From assembly GCA_003644505.1 (NCBI GenBank), contig QNCM01000002.1, positions 4,414 through 68,413 on the forward strand: 64,000 bases of DNA, in the 5' to 3' direction. The position numbers were made by a program, and so were the translations under genes. How positions within the stretch are numbered: the first letter of the stretch is position 1; every line of letters starts with the position of its first letter. Under the pieces are notes generated by a model. The model saw only the letters and a program-made list of their open reading frames with translations, was not told the DNA's origin and did not search any database. The DNA comes from Candidatus Makaraimicrobium thalassicum (GTDB lineage Bacteria; Omnitrophota; Gorgyraeia; Tantalellales; Tantalellaceae). Below are positions 20,407-27,645 of the stretch, piece after piece.

Positions 20407-23400
20407 ATGAGGATTCATCATGTGTATTCCAGACGCACGAAGAAAATGAACCGTATTATCACAGTGGTGATAATTACCTGTTTTGCCGCATGTGATATTG
20501 CGCGGGCGTACCCGGCCGGCATGCGGGCCGGTAGCGGCAGTCTCGTGCAGCAAACCTTATTCACCTCTCCGGATAAAGCCGGATCTCTTGCCAGGGCGGC
20601 AGCCAAATATCTTGAAGCGAGTATGGCGAAAGCCTTTGCCGGAATACCGCTCGCGGATGTCCAGGCCACGCTTGAATATATCAGGGAGACCGCGTTTTCC
20701 AGCTTGCGGATCGACGGCAGAAGATTTAATGTAACAGGCGGCGCCGAAGAAGGACAGGTCTTTGTAACAATATCAGAAAGCTGTGTTTTACGGTATTTCA
20801 ATCCTAAAATGCCCGCGCTCCCTCTTCCCGCAGATAACCTTACAGTATCCTGGGAATATCCCATCAATGAGTATCTTGGGTTCCAGCTGTTAAAAACCAA
20901 ACCGGCCGGTTCAACCCAGCCTGTTGAAAGTTCTGCCCTGGAAGCCGGGCAGGAGGATATGTTCCGCCGTCTTGGCATGAACAGCGAGGTTTTTCTGCAT
21001 GAGATAGTCAATATACAGTATGTTTTCAGCACAGTTTTGGAAATAGGGGAATTACGGTTGGAAAGAGACGGGGAAGGAACTACCCCTAAGTTCGCCGGGC
21101 TACTTGAATTGAATCAGCAGATGAAAGTGACCATTAACGGCTTAAAGGAACTAAGCAGATTGTTTGTATCTGGCAGATTGACGAAGGAATATCTGAACCA
21201 GACCCAGGGCTGTAGAGAATGGAGAGGGAAGGATCTTACGGAATATTTCTTTGAAGAAGTGGAAAAATTACACGATATGCTTGAATGTGTGAAAAACTAT
21301 CATCTGAACAGATATGTGCCGGTCTTTTCCCAGGAGCATAAGGCGTCAATAAAAATAGCGTCTCAGCTGATGCCGTTCGCATGTTCAAAAATAGCCGCCT
21401 TTTTTCGCTCAAAAGGCGGGTTAGACGCAATAGGACGTCAGCAGGAAATGGACGTGAATTCGGTTATCGAAATGGCGGCCGTCAGTTTTTTCCGCAAAGA
21501 TAAAAATATCATCTTATCTTTAAACGATGTTCCTCCGGTAATGGGGGATAAATTGTTGTTTATGGAAGTGTTGTACAACCTTATTAAAAATGGATTTGAA
21601 GCGGCAGATAAAGAAGGATTTGTCCGTGTGGGCACTTTTCTGGACAGCCAGTCAAATGAAGTTGTTGTTACCGTTGAAGACAACGGGAGAGGGATCGCGC
21701 CGCAGGATAAGGACCGTATTTATGAGATGTTTTTTACCACTAAGGGTGAATTGGGTACGGGGGTAGGGGTTGCCTTTTCAAAAGAAATAGTCGAAAACGC
21801 GGGCGGAACGATCACTTTTGATTCGGAATACGGAAAAGGCACGACGTTCACGATACGATTGCCGGCTTCCGCAGGGATTGATACAACCGGAAATCCCGGG
21901 GGCATTTTGGGTTATTTTAAGGCTTTGGACAAACAGGGAGATAATGCCGTGATCGCGGGCGTCAACCTCGCTGATCTTGAGAACGAATCGGATCTGACCG
22001 CTTATTTGAATGATTACTGTGTGGTTCAGGAAAAGGAGGTATTGAAGGATCTGTTGCAGAACAGGCTCAAAGGCGGAGAAAGGGCATTGTTCGATTCGGT
22101 TTTTAATCCCAGAGCAAGACTTGCGGAAAGGGTCAAAGGAGAGGGAAGACCGCCGCTTAAGGTAGTCCATGTCCGCGGCGGCAGAGGCGCCGCTAAGGTG
22201 ACTGAGGAACTGTCGGCACTGGCGCGGGAAGGTTTCGTGGATCTGACCATTATCCCCGGTGCAGTGGATGACGGAAGAAGCTGGGCCGATATGGCCTATT
22301 ACCTCAATACCACGGGGGTCCCTGACATGGGTAAGGGATATTCCGATATGGGCTCTGATACCGATGCGGTGGGTTTCGCGGTATCCAGGCTGGTGGAAGG
22401 GGATACCCCCTGTTCCAAACAAGAAGCATTCGAGTTGCTTGGAGAAGCGATCAGGGGTTTTAAAAACAAGTATCACAAAGCCGCGAACGCGGATGTTCGA
22501 AGATTGGTCAGGCAGTTTGAGGTTCTGGATAGAGAGAAAAGGGAGAGAGTACTGCCCTGTATCATCGAATTTTACGAAAGAATAAAGCTGGAACAGAGGA
22601 AGAACAACCTTTATATGGATATCAGAAGAATCCCCATGAGAAGCGTTATTATCGTCGGCGCCAGGGAGATATTCGGATCATGGCAGGGAGCGATAGATTT
22701 CTTCGGTGAGTTTGTGGATTCCGCGGGAAGGGTGTTGCTTCCTACCGAAGACAGATTATACGCGATGGCCTTACTGGAGGACGGCACGTTCCTGCCCACG
22801 GAGAACGCGCTGAACGAAGCCGGCAAGGACAGCGGCTATCTATATTTTACCGTGGGGCCCGGATCTTTTGCAAGTAAGGAGGTGTTTGAGGAGATATTTT
22901 ATGCGTCCATGGGAAGGCCGCCTCAGGAGCGCGAGAAAAGGATAATCGAGCTCCTCCGTATGTCTGAATATGACAGGTTAAAAGGTGAATCCATAAATTT
23001 ACTGAGAAATATGTCAAAGCCGGAGATAAAAAATTTCATAGGCTTCATAGAAAAAACTTTTTCCTACCTGTCCTCCGGCATAATGATCCAGCCTTCCGCG
23101 GCAGAGGCCGTAAGCGAGGCTGACATGATCATCTATGGGCCTACGGATATAGAGTCCAATATCGCTTCTGCCGTCATCTATGACGATATAAGAGAGGCCA
23201 TTGAGAGGAACAGGTCCGCTGTAAAGATACTTATAGGCAATTCCAGGGATGAGCATCATATCGAACCGCCCGGGACAACGATAAGCTCGCAGATGGAAAG
23301 GTTATACCGCTATTTGTCGGATCAGCAGCGGTACAGGGTAGATGAATGTGATTGGGGGAGGCTTACTGATTTTGTAACGCATGTCATAGGCAGAAAATAT

Positions 23401-24393
23401 GACGATCCGGAGCTCAGGGATTATATCCCTTTTGACGCGGACTTATTGAGGAAAACAGGAGTTGCCCCCGTAGGTCTGGATCTTGAGATGCTGAACCTGG
23501 GGCAGGACCGCACAGGGGCATACGGAGCAGAATACCGTCAGACGCGGGACGGCCGATACAATAGTTCTCTTATGGTTGACGTTATGCTTTCGCTTTCCAT
23601 GATGAATGAGCTCGGATATCCGTTAGAGCTTTCCGAGGAGAAAAAAACTGTGGATCCGTTGTCTAACCGTTCCGCGGGAAGAACGGTCATGGCAGGAGTG
23701 GAAAAGACAGTCCCACGCCTGGTAAACGCGCTTGTCACAGCCAGCCGCAGGGTCTCACCCGCCCGTGCTAGAGCCATGGTCCAGGCCGGAGACGCGGAAA
23801 CTGCCTCAGAAAAAGAGGAAAGAAGGATCGGTATTTTTATCGATGAAAGGCTCGGCAGCGGAAAGACGGAGGAGATAATGGAAGTTCTGGAAAAGCTGAC
23901 CCACAGGGAGGGGCTCTTAGGCCGGTTGTTAAGGAACGCTGCGATTAAGTACGGTGATATAAATGATATCAGGGAAGGCCCCGCATATCTGGAAACAAGA
24001 AAGAACGTGCGCAAAGAAGACATGGTAATTATAACGCGTAATGAGGAGCTTGAATGTTTAAGGCCTTATGAAGGAAGCTCTGTCATAACCAAGGTGGATG
24101 ATGCTGACCTGGGATCAGATTCTTATTATCCTATCCTGGAGATAATTCTTTTTTCGCTCGCCCGCGCAAGTATCCTTGAATATAGGAAAGACGACCTCAT
24201 CGGATTTTATGGATCAATCCCCAATGTTGAGAGACTCGACGCGGACGCAATAGTTGATCTATGCTGGGATGAAAACATGAACAGATGTAAAAGCACGATC
24301 ATCCTCAAACTGGGGATCCCGGATGCCGGACAGATAACCGGCGAGTCGGAATTATACAAAAGCATCGCAGAATACCTCGCCCGCAACGCCTAA
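20407..24393 (+). CDS. Large secreted or membrane-anchored protein combining a GHKL/histidine-kinase-like ATPase domain with a CofD/YvcK-like (UPF0052) domain. The true start may be the internal Met at 20446.
   Basis: A 1,328-aa ORF begins 19 nt after the giant CDS stop. A signal-peptide-like N-terminus MNRIITVVIITCFAAC (possible lipobox AAC) starts at 20446. The HATPase_c motifs (N, G1, G2 boxes) and the CofD/YvcK-like block are detailed in the sub-features. Confidence 0.75.
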   Translation: MRIHHVYSRRTKKMNRIITVVIITCFAACDIARAYPAGMRAGSGSLVQQTLFTSPDKAGSLARAAAKYLEASMAKAFAGIPLADVQATLEYIRETAFSSLRIDGRRFNVTGGAEEGQVFVTISESCVLRYFNPKMPALPLPADNLTVSWEYPINEYLGFQLLKTKPAGSTQPVESSALEAGQEDMFRRLGMNSEVFLHEIVNIQYVFSTVLEIGELRLERDGEGTTPKFAGLLELNQQMKVTINGLKELSRLFVSGRLTKEYLNQTQGCREWRGKDLTEYFFEEVEKLHDMLECVKNYHLNRYVPVFSQEHKASIKIASQLMPFACSKIAAFFRSKGGLDAIGRQQEMDVNSVIEMAAVSFFRKDKNIILSLNDVPPVMGDKLLFMEVLYNLIKNGFEAADKEGFVRVGTFLDSQSNEVVVTVEDNGRGIAPQDKDRIYEMFFTTKGELGTGVGVAFSKEIVENAGGTITFDSEYGKGTTFTIRLPASAGIDTTGNPGGILGYFKALDKQGDNAVIAGVNLADLENESDLTAYLNDYCVVQEKEVLKDLLQNRLKGGERALFDSVFNPRARLAERVKGEGRPPLKVVHVRGGRGAAKVTEELSALAREGFVDLTIIPGAVDDGRSWADMAYYLNTTGVPDMGKGYSDMGSDTDAVGFAVSRLVEGDTPCSKQEAFELLGEAIRGFKNKYHKAANADVRRLVRQFEVLDREKRERVLPCIIEFYERIKLEQRKNNLYMDIRRIPMRSVIIVGAREIFGSWQGAIDFFGEFVDSAGRVLLPTEDRLYAMALLEDGTFLPTENALNEAGKDSGYLYFTVGPGSFASKEVFEEIFYASMGRPPQEREKRIIELLRMSEYDRLKGESINLLRNMSKPEIKNFIGFIEKTFSYLSSGIMIQPSAAEAVSEADMIIYGPTDIESNIASAVIYDDIREAIERNRSAVKILIGNSRDEHHIEPPGTTISSQMERLYRYLSDQQRYRVDECDWGRLTDFVTHVIGRKYDDPELRDYIPFDADLLRKTGVAPVGLDLEMLNLGQDRTGAYGAEYRQTRDGRYNSSLMVDVMLSLSMMNELGYPLELSEEKKTVDPLSNRSAGRTVMAGVEKTVPRLVNALVTASRRVSPARARAMVQAGDAETASEKEERRIGIFIDERLGSGKTEEIMEVLEKLTHREGLLGRLLRNAAIKYGDINDIREGPAYLETRKNVRKEDMVIITRNEELECLRPYEGSSVITKVDDADLGSDSYYPILEIILFSLARASILEYRKDDLIGFYGSIPNVERLDADAIVDLCWDENMNRCKSTIILKLGIPDAGQITGESELYKSIAEYLARNA
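21490..21880 (+). other. HATPase_c (GHKL ATPase) domain of the downstream protein
   Basis: N box is LYNLIKNGFEA. G1 is VEDNGRGI and G2 is GTGVGVAFSKEIVENAGGTITFDSEYGKGTTFTIRLP. No canonical HisKA H-box (HE[LI]RTPL) is visible upstream. Confidence 0.7.
22150..23330 (+). other. CofD/YvcK (UPF0052, 2-phospho-L-lactate transferase / gluconeogenesis-factor)-like domain, divergent
   Basis: The N-terminal motif KVVHVRGGRGAAK...DLTIIPGAVDDGRS parallels YvcK's KIVVIGGGTGLS...ITAIVTVADDGGSSG. The distal motif ADMIIYGPTDIESNIASAVIYDDIREAIERNRSAVKILIGNSRDEHHIEPPGTT parallels ADLIVLGPGSLYTSIIPNLLV...AI..S.A.KVYVCNLMTQPGET. Confidence 0.4.
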
Positions 24394-24436
24394 CGTAGAC
24401 GCTTTACGTAACCCCCTGTAAAACAAAGAGATATAA

Positions 24437-24511
24437 CATAAATATGGGTATTGTTTGAATACGCGATTCACACACCCGGAATGTGAATAAATCACAATAC
24501 CCATATTTATG
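24437..24511. repeat. Perfect 18-bp inverted repeat with a 39-nt spacer and a nested 7-bp inverted repeat, in the intergenic region after the GHKL/CofD gene
   Basis: CATAAATATGGGTATTGT at 24437-24454 pairs with ACAATACCCATATTTATG at 24494-24511. The nested pair is ATTCACA (24466-24472) and TGTGAAT (24482-24488). No U-tract follows. Confidence 0.7.
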
Positions 24512-24577
24512 CTGGAAGTGTCGATGATAGAAAGAGTTAAATAAAGCGTCTGTTCAAATGACTTCGCTTGCGTTATA

Positions 24578-25084
24578 ATGTTTTTTATGAAAACTGGGAG
24601 AAGAACTCTTCGGAAAAGTGAACCTCTGGAACTGAAGATCGCGGGGGTTCTTAAAAAGAAAAAAAAGACCCTGGCTGTGGCGGAATCCTGTACCGGAGGA
24701 CTGGTATCTCACAGCATAACCAATATCCCGGGCAGTTCCGTTTATTTTCTCGGAGGGGTCGTGGCTTATTCCAACAGGATCAAGGTATCAGTCCTGGCTG
24801 TTCCCCCAGTGACAATAAAAAGACACGGCGCGGTCAGCTGTCAGACCGTCAGGGCCATGGCAGAAGGTGTTAAGCGCCTTTTTAAGGCGGATATAGCGGC
24901 AGCAGTCACGGGTATCGCCGGCCCGGGCGGCGGCACAGCGGTAAAACCCGCGGGTCTGGTTTATATGGCATTCGTCTCCGGAAGAGTTAAAAAGACCAGG
25001 AAAGTTATTTTCAGAGGTGACCGTATTTCGGTCAAGAAACAGTTTTCCCGGGCAGTGTTGAAATTGATCCTGGAGAATATCTAA
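24578..25084 (+). CDS. pncC: CinA C-terminal domain protein / nicotinamide-nucleotide amidohydrolase (PncC-like)
   Basis: LAVAESCTGGLVSHSITNIPGSSVYFLGGVVAYSNRIK...VTGIAGPGGGTAVKPAGLVYMAF is the CinA_C signature. The start may be the downstream Met at 24587. Confidence 0.7.
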   Translation: MFFMKTGRRTLRKSEPLELKIAGVLKKKKKTLAVAESCTGGLVSHSITNIPGSSVYFLGGVVAYSNRIKVSVLAVPPVTIKRHGAVSCQTVRAMAEGVKRLFKADIAAAVTGIAGPGGGTAVKPAGLVYMAFVSGRVKKTRKVIFRGDRISVKKQFSRAVLKLILENI

Positions 25085-25686
25085 TGGCGGAAGATACGCG
25101 GCAAGCAACCCATAATACGCATAACGCGATTAGGAGCTTTATCGCGCTGGAACTTTCGGGTGAAGCCAGGGCCGAACTTTCGAGGATAACAGGGGTTTTA
25201 AAAGGAGCGGACGCTGATGTCAAATGGATCGCCCCGGGATCCGTGCATCTCACGTTAAAGTTTCTCGGCTATGTTCCGGAGGGAAAGATCCCGCGGATCG
25301 CGGAGAGATTAAAAGCGATAGCGGCGGCAGTGCCGCCGTTCAAAATAACACTTGGCAGTATCGGTGTTTTTCCCTGCTGGAGCCGCGCCAGAGTGGTGTG
25401 GGTAGGCGTGGGAGAGGGGAGAGATCACGTAGAAGACCTTGCCGGCCGGGCAGAAGAAGCCATGGCCGAAGAGGGATTCGAGAAGCAGCAGCGCGCTTTC
25501 AGCTCGCATCTTACTGTCGGGAGGATAAAAAGAGCGAGGAATAGAAACAGATTGAAAAAAACGGCCGGTTCCATAACGGTCAAGCCGGCTCCCAGTCATA
25601 TCTCGAGAATAGTCCTTTTTAAATCCGTTCTTACCCCCAAAGGCGCTTTATATACTCCTCTGGATATCGTCGATCTTAAAGGATAA
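25084..25686 (+). CDS. thpR: RNA 2',3'-cyclic phosphodiesterase / 2'-5' RNA ligase (2H family)
   Basis: Two H-x-T-x motifs are present: HLTLKFLG and HLTVGRIK. The length is 200 aa. It overlaps the previous stop (TAATGG). Confidence 0.7.
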   Translation: MAEDTRQATHNTHNAIRSFIALELSGEARAELSRITGVLKGADADVKWIAPGSVHLTLKFLGYVPEGKIPRIAERLKAIAAAVPPFKITLGSIGVFPCWSRARVVWVGVGEGRDHVEDLAGRAEEAMAEEGFEKQQRAFSSHLTVGRIKRARNRNRLKKTAGSITVKPAPSHISRIVLFKSVLTPKGALYTPLDIVDLKG

Positions 25687-25721
25687 GATATCGGCGACGT
25701 ATAGCCCCCGATCCATAGTTC

Positions 25722-25768
25722 CCGATCCCGCATCGGAACTTGTTCCGATGCGGGATCGGATTGTTTTT
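25722..25768 (+). terminator. Rho-independent terminator after thpR
   Basis: A 17-bp perfect stem, CCGATCCCGCATCGGAA (25722-25738) and TTCCGATGCGGGATCGG (25743-25759), has a CTTG loop. ATTGTTTTTG follows it. Confidence 0.75.
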
Positions 25769-25900
25769 GCCCGTTATGAAAAAAAATGAAAGAAAAATGT
25801 TTTAAATTGTGTCTTATTTATAGTGGGAGTCTGGAACAGACAGCGAGTTGCTCCGGACTCAAACGAGGTCTTAATATAGAATAATATTTAATAAAAGACT

Positions 25901-25929
25901 TTGCAAAAAACAAAGCATATTTGTATAAT
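25901..25929 (+). promoter_or_regulatory. Sigma70-like promoter upstream of recA
   Basis: TTGCAA (25901-25906), a 17-nt spacer, then TATAAT (25924-25929). The -10 hexamer is ~45 nt upstream of the recA ATG, and GGGGGT serves as RBS. Confidence 0.55.
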
Positions 25930-25971
25930 AAGTCAATTAATATTGATTCTTAAAAAGACAGGGGGTAGATC

Positions 25972-27027
25972 ATGGTAAAAAAAGACAGGAGCAAATCCAG
26001 CGAAAAAAAGACTGCCGCTGAAGGAACAGCGGCGAAGGATACAGCCAGAAAGAAGGCACTGGAACTGGCGCTCAGCAGGATCCAGAAGGATTTCGGTGAA
26101 GGCGCGATAATGAAGATGGGGGAAGGATATAAAGTGAAGGTAGAGGCCATATCGACCGGTTCGATCGGTCTGGATCTGGCGCTGGGGGTAAACGGCGTGC
26201 CGCGCGGAAGGGTCGTCGAAATATTCGGTCCTGAATCAAGCGGGAAAACCACGCTTACTTTAAATATCCTTGCCAACGCGCAGAAAGCCGGGGGTGAGGC
26301 GGCTTTTATAGACGCTGAGCACGCGTTTGATCCGGCTTACGCCAGAAAGATCGGGATTAATCTGGACAGCCTGTTGATATCCCAACCGGATAACGGGGAA
26401 CAGGCTCTGGAGATTACTGAGGCCCTGGTCCGGAGCAACGCTATTGATGTTATAGCCATAGACTCGGTAGCTGCCCTGACACCGAGGAAGGAGATCGAGG
26501 GCGAGATGGGGGATTCCCATGTAGGATTACAGGCCCGCCTTATGAGCCAGGCTCTCAGGAAGCTGACAGGCGCCATAAGCAAGTCAAAAACCTGTGTTAT
26601 TTTCATCAACCAGATCAGGATGAAGATAGGCGTGATGTTCGGTAATCCTGAGACCACCACAGGCGGTAGAGCCCTGAAATTCTATTCATCGGTACGGATC
26701 GACCTGAGGCGCATCGCGTCCCTGAAAAAGAGCGACAAGGTCATAGGCAGCCGCGTCAGAGCGAAAGTCGTCAAAAATAAGATGGCTCCGCCGTTCAGGC
26801 AGTCGGAATTTGACATCATGTTTGATGAAGGGATATCCCGGTCCTCAAGCATCATTGATATGGCGGAAGAAGCCGGGGTGATCAAAAAGAGCGGAACCTG
26901 GCTTTCCTTCGGCGATGAGAAGATCGGGCAGGGAAAAGAGAACGCGCGGATGTACCTCAAGGAAAACGCCCGGATGCTGAACAGGATCGAAGGTGAAGTC
27001 AGGAAGGCCTTGCGCACAGCGCACTGA
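25972..27027 (+). CDS. recA: Recombinase RecA
   Basis: [12 protein letters not shown] is the Walker A motif. Also present are [36 protein letters not shown] and the C-terminal [11 protein letters not shown]. Confidence 0.95.
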   Translation: MVKKDRSKSSEKKTAAEGTAAKDTARKKALELALSRIQKDFGEGAIMKMGEGYKVKVEAISTGSIGLDLALGVNGVPRGRVVEIFGPESSGKTTLTLNILANAQKAGGEAAFIDAEHAFDPAYARKIGINLDSLLISQPDNGEQALEITEALVRSNAIDVIAIDSVAALTPRKEIEGEMGDSHVGLQARLMSQALRKLTGAISKSKTCVIFINQIRMKIGVMFGNPETTTGGRALKFYSSVRIDLRRIASLKKSDKVIGSRVRAKVVKNKMAPPFRQSEFDIMFDEGISRSSSIIDMAEEAGVIKKSGTWLSFGDEKIGQGKENARMYLKENARMLNRIEGEVRKALRTAH

Positions 27028-27147
27028 TATGCGGTTCCGGAGTAACTGTTCAGTGCGGGGGAACGCGGAATAAAAAGCTCCTTACGATGAGGAAAGGGGA
27101 TTTTTTTTGATTTTCCCCGGTTCCTGCCGGCCGGACGATCAGGACTT

Positions 27148-27636
27148 ATGAATAAGGCACGGGACAAAGAGTTGAAAAATGGGAAGAGTTACTGTATGCG
27201 TTTACTGTCCCTGCGGCCCAGAAGCGAACATGAGATAGATGACCGGCTGGAAGGCCGGGGATACGATGACCGGGCGCGAAAATGTATACTGGAGTCACTT
27301 AAGATCAGCGGTCTTGTGGATGACCTGAAGTTCGCGAGGGAGTGGATCGATTCCCGGGTTCGGTCAAATCCCCGCGGGATAAAGATCCTCAGGGGCGAGT
27401 TGAGAAAAAAGCAGGTTCCGGAGAGCATCATTGAGGAAGCGGTGAGAGAGCGTGCGGCGGAACTGGATGACCGGGCGGTCGCGGACGCGTTGGTCAGAAA
27501 AAGACTGCGCGCTGCAAAGGACCCTTCCCATATAAATACAGAACTAAAGGGAAAGTTGTTCCGGTTCCTTGTCGGGAAAGGAGTTGATATGGAGGTCGCC
27601 GAGGAGGCGGTAAACAGGGGGTTGGGAGGAACCTAG
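27148..27636 (+). CDS. recX: Recombination regulator RecX
   Basis: Position directly after recA is typical. Helical repeat protein: CMRLLSLRPRSEHEIDDRLEGRGYDD..., ...VADALVRKRL. Start may be the internal Met at 27196. Confidence 0.6.
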   Translation: MNKARDKELKNGKSYCMRLLSLRPRSEHEIDDRLEGRGYDDRARKCILESLKISGLVDDLKFAREWIDSRVRSNPRGIKILRGELRKKQVPESIIEEAVRERAAELDDRAVADALVRKRLRAAKDPSHINTELKGKLFRFLVGKGVDMEVAEEAVNRGLGGT

Positions 27637-27645
27637 AGAATAGCC

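Noticed and set aside
19630-20553. 307-aa minus-strand ORF spanning the giant-gene stop and the start of the downstream gene
   Set aside because: It is antisense to two strongly supported + strand CDS. It has an R/H/F-rich composition with no motif and no RBS context. It is a typical shadow ORF of a purine-rich coding strand.
20407-21880. Calling the downstream protein a sensor histidine kinase
   Set aside because: Only the HATPase_c half is recognisable. I cannot find a HisKA H-box or DHp helix pair. No response regulator is adjacent. I therefore call it a GHKL-type ATPase.
27028-27147. Possible terminator after recA (GGGGATTTTTTTTG)
   Set aside because: The T8 run is present, but I could not find a convincing GC-rich stem immediately 5' of it. 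The apparent GGGGA...TCCCC pairing is not complementary in the required orientation.
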